DNA of 64,000 nt from Escherichia phage KKP 3715. The first letter of the stretch is position 1. Each line of letters starts with the position of its first letter. Of this stretch, positions 57,564-64,000 are shown piece after piece. The notes under the pieces are model-generated. The model was not told the origin of the DNA. It saw only the letters and a program-made list of their open reading frames with translations, and ran no database searches. Where the stretch lies: sequence record OR067834.1, one strand, 5' to 3'. Made by a program: the position numbers and the translations under genes.

Positions 57564-57842
57564 TTACTCTGCTTTACTGCCACCATTGGTTTGAACAACA
57601 GTTACATTTGTAACTTGGTTCTGACCTTTGTTGGACAGTGACCAAATCAGTGCTACTACCCAGAAGACTAAAGACCAGCCTAATACGATATTGAGTACAC
57701 CAATGCCCCACTTAGAGGCATGGCCTCGTGCAAAAGCAATAATGGTAGGGATAAGGTATACAGCTAGTGCAAATAACAGAACAAGGATTGCTGCTAAAGA
57801 TTCCATGATGGTTCCTATGTGGGGTTGAGTTAGTTTCTTCAC
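57564..57842 (-). CDS. superinfection-immunity-like small membrane protein
   Basis: 92 aa; LIPTIIAFARGHASKWGIGVLNIVLGWSLVFWVVALIWSL resembles the Imm_superinfect (PF14373-type) motif as I recall it. Confidence 0.6.
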   Translation of the reverse strand: MKKLTQPHIGTIMESLAAILVLLFALAVYLIPTIIAFARGHASKWGIGVLNIVLGWSLVFWVVALIWSLSNKGQNQVTNVTVVQTNGGSKAE

Positions 57843-57879
57843 AAATAGCCCAACTATGCTGGGCTATTTAGGCAGCTAC

Positions 57880-58089
57880 TTACTCAGCATCTTTGCTTGC
57901 AGGAGCAAGAGCTTTCTTCAGGTAATTACGTACCGAACGATAGGTTTCTTTGGTGTCCATAGCGCTATCATTTACAAATACGATACGTGCACAGTCAGAC
58001 AGCGGAATCTGTTCTACTGCAATTACATTTGCAGCATTAATGGTTAAGCGTACATCTGAGGTTGCATGAGTTACTTGAAATACTGACAT
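57880..58089 (-). CDS. hypothetical small protein
   Basis: 69-aa ORF. Confidence 0.4.
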   Translation of the reverse strand: MSVFQVTHATSDVRLTINAANVIAVEQIPLSDCARIVFVNDSAMDTKETYRSVRNYLKKALAPASKDAE

Positions 58090-58119
58090 ACTGTTTCCTT
58101 GATTAATCTGGATAGCCTT

Positions 58120-58572
58120 TTATTTTGAAGGTCTAGCAGATACTGGTTTGTTTGGTTGACACTGGTACTTACCTTCATAACGACAATGCTCTGCTATCTC
58201 TTCGAAGATAACCTGAGCTATGCCAGTACCAGCTTTTATTGTAACAGGCAAAACACCCGAATAACGAAGCTCAAGAGTAAGGAAACCTTTCCACCCTGGT
58301 TCGATATTGGTTGTCATGCTTGCATCAATCCCCTTTCTGGCCCATGTACTCTTATTAAGTACACGGCCCATAAGGTTTGGTGGTACGTCAAACTCTTCTA
58401 TGGCTGACGCTAGTACGAATCGACGCCCCAAGAACATAGTCACATCCTGCTTAATACGAATATCGTATCCGCATTCTGTAAGACCCCAAGAGAAACCATT
58501 ACTGGTTTGCTTAGAGTCCACCATGTTCTTTATAGGAGCCAGTTCTAATAAACGACTGCGGTTAATAATCAT
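58120..58572 (-). CDS. dCTP deaminase / dUTPase-fold protein
   Basis: 150 aa; motifs GLTECGYDIRI, NKSTWARKGI, EPGWKGFLTLEL and GTGIAQVIF typical of the dCD/DUT family. Confidence 0.7.
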   Translation of the reverse strand: MIINRSRLLELAPIKNMVDSKQTSNGFSWGLTECGYDIRIKQDVTMFLGRRFVLASAIEEFDVPPNLMGRVLNKSTWARKGIDASMTTNIEPGWKGFLTLELRYSGVLPVTIKAGTGIAQVIFEEIAEHCRYEGKYQCQPNKPVSARPSK

Positions 58573-59978
58573 TTCATTCCTTTAGGGATATGAACTACCT
58601 CCCCAAAAGGTACGGTAGCATTGGGATTATTCAGAACACACCATATGATAGGAATATCAAATGGTAATTCTTCCATAGGGCGAACATACATATCAGAGAA
58701 TATGATTGCAGCGGTTGGCTTATTCTTAATAATCCAATCACGTACCGGTACAAGGTTTGTACCACCACGACCGGTAATCTTAATCTCTTCAAAAGTATCT
58801 TCTTCAGTGATGTCTATTTCTTCTTGGATAATATCGTCGAAGGTAATAAGAGTCATCTTCTTAGGATTGAACTGGCTCTTGACGTAGGCAACCTCTGAGT
58901 TAAAACGCAGAGAGTCAGCACTACTAATAGAACCGGATACATCTTCAAAGTAGGCTAAGTGCCGTAAACGTCCTTCATCATCTTCCAGTGATGGTAGATA
59001 GATGTCAGTGAATCGACGATTAGGTCTGGCCCACGTATAGTGTGTATCATCAATGTCGGTAAAGAAATTCAGCAGGACTTCCTGCCATGGAACCACTGGT
59101 TTTAGGAATTGGGTAATAACCTCTTCCATACGACCAGCACCTTTACCGGGCATCATTCCACCAGCCATCTTCTGGCTTTGCATTGCACGTACTACGTTGT
59201 TGACAACAGCACCCTGGGACTGCCCCGAAGAGGGAGCTTTCATGTCGCCAGCAAGACCTGCTCCAGCACCCCCTGACGGCTTCTGCCTTTTCTGAGGGTT
59301 CTTCATCAGGTCATCGTAGATGTCTTCTTCGACCCATCCTTTATATTGAGGGTCTTTGCAAATGCCTTCGTCGATACCAGTGAACTTGTAACCATCTTCC
59401 TCTAACTGAAGGTTGATGAAGTGGTCACATGCTTGGTTCCATACTTCCGGGTCACGGCTTCCACAACGGATGCCATGCAGATATGCTACATGCCAGAGTT
59501 CGTGCATTAGCACTGTTTCTCTTGCATCAGGGCACATCCAAATAAAGAAGTCTGGGTTGAAATGGAGTTCTATCCCATCGGTACATGCAGTGGGACAGTC
59601 TTCACGTTTCCATGAGAACTTAAGGCTACACAGCAATGAACCAAAAAACGCAGCAGACTTGCCTAGAAAGGCTTGGGCCTGAATACGGTCATACTCACGC
59701 ATGAGTTGTTCATCACTGAGTGTGTGCTGAGGTATCTGGTTCATGTTGTGATTATCCGTGAATGTAACGAGAGATGTTGGCAGCAGCCTTACGCCATTCA
59801 GGGGTAGCCTGAATTTCTGGTAATGCTTTGCCCACTGTACGGAAGTACAGAATCTTATGAGTGAACGTTTTAAAGCGTTCAATGTACTGAAGTACATCAA
59901 CGAAATTATCTTCAGTGGTCTTGTTAGCCAGATGGTTAACGGTAGCCCAGCACAGGTTATTATCTTCCGGCAGTGCAC
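58569..59978 (-). CDS. vWA-domain protein with N-terminal HExxH metallopeptidase-like region
   Basis: Likely true start ATG at 59744 (MNQIPQ), 7 nt after the ATPase stop; HExxH VLMHELWHVAYLHG; MIDAS-like FEDVSGSIS. Confidence 0.7.
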   Translation of the reverse strand: MHCRKIITCAGLPLTIWLTRPLKIISLMYFSTLNALKRSLIRFCTSVQWAKHYQKFRLPLNGVRLLPTSLVTFTDNHNMNQIPQHTLSDEQLMREYDRIQAQAFLGKSAAFFGSLLCSLKFSWKREDCPTACTDGIELHFNPDFFIWMCPDARETVLMHELWHVAYLHGIRCGSRDPEVWNQACDHFINLQLEEDGYKFTGIDEGICKDPQYKGWVEEDIYDDLMKNPQKRQKPSGGAGAGLAGDMKAPSSGQSQGAVVNNVVRAMQSQKMAGGMMPGKGAGRMEEVITQFLKPVVPWQEVLLNFFTDIDDTHYTWARPNRRFTDIYLPSLEDDEGRLRHLAYFEDVSGSISSADSLRFNSEVAYVKSQFNPKKMTLITFDDIIQEEIDITEEDTFEEIKITGRGGTNLVPVRDWIIKNKPTAAIIFSDMYVRPMEELPFDIPIIWCVLNNPNATVPFGEVVHIPKGMK

Positions 59979-60804
59979 AGCCCAAAGGGTCTTTGACTAC
60001 CTTCTCAATCGTAATCATACGATTATATACCTGGGTGAACTGAACAAACTCTACAGCCTTACCTGGTGTAACGAAACCACTGTAGTACAGGGAATCCTCG
60101 TCAGGCAAAGCACCTTCTGGTTGGTTCTTGAGGTCTTTATTAATGAAGTCCCAAGTACGAGGGCAACAGAATGTTTTGTTCTTATGAGCAGGATCGAAGT
60201 CGTGCAAATAACCCGGGTTAGCATGTAAGAATGCAACCAGACGCTCATCCCATTCTTGTGGAATCATTACGTCTTCAACAAAGATGTCGAAGTTAAGTTC
60301 CATTTCGAAGTGGACGACACGGGACTGCATTGCAGTACCCAGTGGGTTAACGATAGCACGGTCAGTAGCTTTGTTACCGGCACAGATAATCATCACATTA
60401 GGGTGAAGTTTCTTCTGACCAGTCATACGGTCGAGAATCAGTTTGTATGCAGCAGCTACTACTTCTTTCTTAGCTGAGTTGAACTCATCAAGGAACAGGA
60501 GCCAGCCATTATAACCTTCTGGTACTTCATCTCCCTCAATAGGGAATAAGTCAGCGAAAGGGATAAACTCTGCTCGGTCACCATTACGGAATGGTAGACC
60601 AGACAAGTCTTCCGGGGCAGAAGTAGACAGACGATGGTCAATCAGCTTCATACCAAATTCTTCTGCAACAGAACGAATAATTGCAGACTTACCCATGCCA
60701 GGTGATGAAGTCAGGAACGGTACGTTACCTGCTTGCAAGGCACGGATAATAAAGTTACGGGCTTGGCGTGTATTACATACAGTCAAGGAGTCAATGCTCG
60801 CCAT
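59752..60804 (-). CDS. MoxR-like AAA+ ATPase
   Basis: 350 aa; Walker A LTSSPGMGKSAIIRS; Walker B LLFLDEFNSA; partner of the downstream vWA protein. Confidence 0.75.
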   Translation of the reverse strand: MASIDSLTVCNTRQARNFIIRALQAGNVPFLTSSPGMGKSAIIRSVAEEFGMKLIDHRLSTSAPEDLSGLPFRNGDRAEFIPFADLFPIEGDEVPEGYNGWLLFLDEFNSAKKEVVAAAYKLILDRMTGQKKLHPNVMIICAGNKATDRAIVNPLGTAMQSRVVHFEMELNFDIFVEDVMIPQEWDERLVAFLHANPGYLHDFDPAHKNKTFCCPRTWDFINKDLKNQPEGALPDEDSLYYSGFVTPGKAVEFVQFTQVYNRMITIEKVVKDPLGCALPEDNNLCWATVNHLANKTTEDNFVDVLQYIERFKTFTHKILYFRTVGKALPEIQATPEWRKAAANISRYIHG

Positions 60805-60838
60805 TTACTTACTCTCCTAAAGTTAATGGAATTACTAA

Positions 60839-61165
60839 TTAAGATTTAACGCATGGATACGCTGTATCAATCGCTAACAGAACCATGTCTGATGGTATTT
60901 TTACTGCATTAACCTTTCGGTCATACAGAATAATAGAGGCCACTCTGTCAAAAATGTGCCCTAACTTCATATCGTCAGGTACACAGTTCTTTCCTGCTTC
61001 CACCCCCATAGTAACCATGCCCATGAAGTAACCCTGATTCACAAAGTTTGCATTATTGGCTTTGTAGTCAGCAGCAGCTTCCAGCAAGGTTGCACGACTA
61101 GATGCTTGAGCACCGAATGACAGAACTGATAAAGCTACTACAGCAACAGTAATTAAAGTTTTCAT
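60839..61165 (-). CDS. secreted/periplasmic small protein (signal peptide)
   Basis: 108 aa; N-terminus MKTLITVAVVALSVLSFGAQASS. Confidence 0.5.
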   Translation of the reverse strand: MKTLITVAVVALSVLSFGAQASSRATLLEAAADYKANNANFVNQGYFMGMVTMGVEAGKNCVPDDMKLGHIFDRVASIILYDRKVNAVKIPSDMVLLAIDTAYPCVKS

Positions 61166-61351
61166 TTAGTTACCTTTTAACTCATTGAGTTGAAGTACTC
61201 CGGTAGGGGTTAATGACCACCCAAGACCAGCATTGAACTGTACTAAGCCCAGCTTCTTAAGAGACTGTGCGGTTTTATTATTACGGTTGCTGGTGGCAGA
61301 ACCACCTTGAACCATGCGAAGGAAAATTGCTTGGGACTGAGTAAGTTTCAT
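61166..61351 (-). CDS. hypothetical small protein
   Basis: 61-aa ORF. Confidence 0.4.
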   Translation of the reverse strand: MKLTQSQAIFLRMVQGGSATSNRNNKTAQSLKKLGLVQFNAGLGWSLTPTGVLQLNELKGN

Positions 61352-61569
61352 TTCTTCTCCGGTACGAACTGCATTACACAGTTTTGATTACGAGGGATAT
61401 TCAATTCACATTCATGCTTGAGGGTTTGGGTTACAGAGTTTGGAGTAGAACCAAAGTAGGTATTAGAAATAGCTACAATTCCTGCACCAAAGAACCCTCC
61501 TAACACGAACGAGAAGAATGCAATCTCTTTATACATTTCCTGGCTCCAGATGTGAAAAACCCCAGTCAA
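61348..61569 (-). CDS. small membrane protein
   Basis: 73-aa ORF with one hydrophobic helix. Confidence 0.4.
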   Translation of the reverse strand: MTGVFHIWSQEMYKEIAFFSFVLGGFFGAGIVAISNTYFGSTPNSVTQTLKHECELNIPRNQNCVMQFVPEKK

Positions 61570-61597
61570 TGCTGGGGTTTATCTATCAGTTTATACT

Positions 61598-61858
61598 TTA
61601 CAGACCATGAGGTCGGCATAGACTACCTGAACCAAAGGAACGGTGTCCAAGTCGGCCCAGGATTAGATTGCTTACTTCAGCAGCAGCACGGCTGAATGCT
61701 TTAAAGTCAAAGACTACGACACCAAATAGCGGGGCTGCGATAGCAGCTACCATGACCGGTGTCAGGTCATTTAGTGACATACCCAAGATTACGTGGGCAG
61801 CATAAGCAATAAGGCCCATAACAGCACTACAACCGAATCCAATAGCAATTTTACGCAT
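61598..61858 (-). CDS. small membrane protein
   Basis: 86-aa ORF with two hydrophobic helices. Confidence 0.45.
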   Translation of the reverse strand: MRKIAIGFGCSAVMGLIAYAAHVILGMSLNDLTPVMVAAIAAPLFGVVVFDFKAFSRAAAEVSNLILGRLGHRSFGSGSLCRPHGL

Positions 61859-61912
61859 AGTTACCTTCTTAGTTAGTAGATTGATACATATTCATATAAC
61901 AGACAAACAATA

Positions 61913-61945
61913 GTCAAAAAAAGACCCCCCTTCAATAGGGAGGTC
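61913..61945 (-). terminator. intrinsic terminator (GACCCCCC/GGGAGGTC stem, then U8 tract on the minus strand)
   Basis: Read from sequence; preceded by a second hairpin GGGGTT-TAT-AACCCC at 61966-61980 directly after the stop of the upstream gene. Confidence 0.65.
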
Positions 61946-61995
61946 AATCTTGAGGGTTTCCTTTCGGGGTTTATAACCCCAAATAAGGGATACCC

Positions 61996-62829
61996 TTACT
62001 CTGCAACAGTAACAGCGATGGTTACGTCTACAGTACCATTGGTAACTACTACAGAAGTAGCATCACCAGCAGCCACTGGTTTAACTGTCAGTACGTTACC
62101 AGCAATGGTAGCTGTAGCACGGGCGGAATCCGGAGCAGTCTTGATAGATAAAGTACCAACAGACGCTCCAACAGGCATAGCAGTAATGGTTACAGTCTTA
62201 CCATCTGTGGTATCGTCAGCAACGGACAGAGCCAGTGAAGCAGGAGTAGCTACCAGTGAGCTTGCTTCGTAGTAGCCTACAGCCAGCAGTGAGGTATCTT
62301 CTACCGTGGTTCCATTAGCATCAGTAACAATCACTTTATAAGTACCAGCAGAAGCAGCTGTTACGTTACTAAGGGTCAGTGTTGCAGTAGCAGCAGATGC
62401 GTTATCACCAGAATCAATATCAGCGAATACTGCACCAGCAGTGTTAGCTTTGTATTGCCACTTATAAGTAAATGGTGCTTTACCGCCTGCTACATCAATG
62501 TGCCAGTTAATATCTTCACCTTCGATAGTGGAGATTACACGAGGCAGTTTGGTAGCAATAGTTAGTCGTGGAGTAGCTTGCATGTCGATAGTGACCGACT
62601 GCATATCCACGATGTTGTCAGGCCAGAAGCCTTCTTCAGCAGGGTTTTTAGCAGAGCGTTTATACAACAGGTCACGAACACCGTGAAAGATAACTAAGCT
62701 ATCGGGGTAAGTGGCATCTGGATGTACAAAAGTACCTACTTCCACAGAACCACCTGGAACACTACCACCTGAATCAAGCACGGTAGCAACGTTGGTAGTT
62801 TTATTAAACGCAATCTTTAAGGTTGGCAT
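61996..62829 (-). CDS. Ig-like domain capsid decoration protein (N4 gp17-like)
   Basis: 277 aa; Ig-like segment PFTYKWQYKANTAGAVF...TLTLSNVTAASAGTYKVIVTD and a C-terminal Ala/Thr/Val-rich repeat region; followed by tandem terminator hairpins. Confidence 0.65.
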   Translation of the reverse strand: MPTLKIAFNKTTNVATVLDSGGSVPGGSVEVGTFVHPDATYPDSLVIFHGVRDLLYKRSAKNPAEEGFWPDNIVDMQSVTIDMQATPRLTIATKLPRVISTIEGEDINWHIDVAGGKAPFTYKWQYKANTAGAVFADIDSGDNASAATATLTLSNVTAASAGTYKVIVTDANGTTVEDTSLLAVGYYEASSLVATPASLALSVADDTTDGKTVTITAMPVGASVGTLSIKTAPDSARATATIAGNVLTVKPVAAGDATSVVVTNGTVDVTIAVTVAE

Positions 62830-62903
62830 GCATGTATCCTCTTGAGTAAATATGCCTAATCATTATGAAGGCTGATAAAAAAGAAAGCCACCCTCAAGGG
62901 TGG

Positions 62904-63122
62904 CTAGTTGTTGATGTGGTAAATCCAGTAAGCTATCCAACCGGCTAATACAAAACATCCGGCAGAGTACGCTCCATAGTAGCAATAAGCAAACTTGGAT
63001 TTGTGGGCGTTAACTATAGTGAGTATCACAATAGCAGATAAAACTATCAGTACGGTTTTAGTAATAACATCATAGATGTCTGGCATGTTGACTACCTCCA
63101 AGCAAAAAATAAAAAGCCCCAT
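62904..63122 (-). CDS. small membrane protein
   Basis: Track start lies inside the upstream terminator hairpin; ATG at 63086 with GGAGG RBS is more likely, giving a 60-aa product. Confidence 0.4.
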   Translation of the reverse strand: MGLFIFCLEVVNMPDIYDVITKTVLIVLSAIVILTIVNAHKSKFAYCYYGAYSAGCFVLAGWIAYWIYHINN

Positions 63123-63138
63123 ACCCGAAGGTATGAGG
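63103..63138 (-). terminator. intrinsic terminator after the RNA polymerase subunit gene (stem CCUCAUACC/GGUAUGGGG with UUCG loop, then U-rich tract)
   Basis: Read from sequence. Confidence 0.6.
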
Positions 63139-63146
63139 CCAGTTTA

Positions 63147-64000
63147 TTAACTTAATGCATAATCCGTTTCAAGAATGTCCTGCCAGAGGCTGTCATCCAG
63201 CTTACCAGCAGAAAACTCTTGTCCCAGTACCTGAGACAGAATGAAGCCCAGCAAATCACTCTTAGCAATGTCAGACAGAATCTGATTGTACTGACGACGC
63301 AGGTCATTGCCATAGTTAGGGTGACAACGGAAGCAGTCATGTACGGTCATTACAGGGAATGGTTTCTTAGGCATGGTATTGATCATAGCCATGATTACAT
63401 CTGTATCAACCAATGCAATCGTTTCTGAGTCCAGATAGTCAAAGATACGGGTAGACAGGAATCCCGACTTCTCATAGCTAGCCCATAGTGTGTTAACCAT
63501 TTCATGGTTAGCATCAGGAACAACTATGTATTCACTGGTTCCTTCACAGAGGGACTTAATATAGTTCACCTGGTTCATGTTGAAGTTACAACGACGCAGC
63601 ATCTCACGTACCACCATCCCATCAATAGAGTGGGTGATGTTAGCAGAGAGCATACGAGTCTTCTCTTCAGTACCCTGAACCATACGAGTGATGTCGAATG
63701 GTTTACCTAAGAAGTTAACGGTCTGTACTTCTGGAACCATGACCTTAATGACAGCATGGTAGTTGTCAGGCAATACCCATACGTAACGGTTAGCATCCGG
63801 GTTACCACATTGCAGTAAGAACTTGTTCAGTGCCCAAGGTCCACTAGCAACAGTTTCCATTACATTCTCAAAAGTCTTGAGACGGATACCTTCACCGAAT
63901 ACTTCTTTAGGCTTAGCTTCTGAACCGTAGAACGCAGTCATAACTGCCTGCTTGGTGTCACTACGTTTAATACGAGATGCTTCACCAAGGATGTCCAGCA
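63147..64000 (-). CDS. T7-like single-subunit RNA polymerase, C-terminal (large) subunit of the split phage RNA polymerase II; partial, N-terminus beyond the window
   Basis: C-terminus TVHDCFRCHPNYGNDLRRQ ... ILETDYALS parallels the T7 RNAP motif C region and its C-terminal end; frame appears to continue to the window edge. Confidence 0.75.
   Translation of the reverse strand, partial: LDILGEASRIKRSDTKQAVMTAFYGSEAKPKEVFGEGIRLKTFENVMETVASGPWALNKFLLQCGNPDANRYVWVLPDNYHAVIKVMVPEVQTVNFLGKPFDITRMVQGTEEKTRMLSANITHSIDGMVVREMLRRCNFNMNQVNYIKSLCEGTSEYIVVPDANHEMVNTLWASYEKSGFLSTRIFDYLDSETIALVDTDVIMAMINTMPKKPFPVMTVHDCFRCHPNYGNDLRRQYNQILSDIAKSDLLGFILSQVLGQEFSAGKLDDSLWQDILETDYALS

Noticed and set aside
61966-61980. 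Hairpin GGGGTT-TAT-AACCCC with a 3-nt loop as an N4 vRNAP-type hairpin promoter
   Set aside because: It lies at the 3-prime end of the decoration gene rather than upstream of early genes, and I cannot recall the promoter consensus reliably enough to match it.

Overview
The window is about 64 kb of an N4-like (Schitoviridae) podovirus genome, in reverse-complement orientation relative to the usual coliphage N4 map. All calls come from reading the sequence and the supplied ORF translations by eye; no database search or folding program was run, so family assignments rest on recognisable motifs, protein sizes and N4-like gene order. Layout: (i) left end, 1-2579, minus strand: a tandem array of small paralogous genes plus a ~100-aa HExxH protein; (ii) 2751-34523, plus strand: one long late operon with terminase, two tailspikes, a lysis cassette (holin candidate, SAR-type GH108 endolysin, Rz with embedded Rz1), portal, scaffold, major capsid protein, five virion proteins and the 3456-aa virion RNA polymerase that is the hallmark of N4-like phages; (iii) 34558-35553, minus strand: small genes converging on the late operon across a bidirectional terminator; (iv) 35550-37800: a 2.2-kb ORF-poor region with two cloverleaf tRNA genes and three atypical tRNA-like elements; (v) 37803-63122, minus strand: replication and nucleotide-metabolism module (RuvC-like resolvase, SSB, P-loop ATPase, primase, PD-(D/E)XK nuclease, family A DNA polymerase, Dda-like helicase, HTH protein, rIIB/rIIA homologues, ThyX, dCTP deaminase-like, vWA/MoxR pair, superinfection-immunity-like membrane protein, Ig-like decoration protein), ending with the partial large subunit of a split T7-like RNA polymerase at the right edge. 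No integrase, CRISPR array or recognisable defence system was seen, consistent with a strictly lytic phage. The observations most worth follow-up are the atypical tRNA-like cluster, the five-member paralogous family at the left end, a possible +1 frameshift site downstream of terminase, and a shared domain between the two tailspike genes. Coordinates of hand-called RNA and regulatory features may be off by 1-2 nt.
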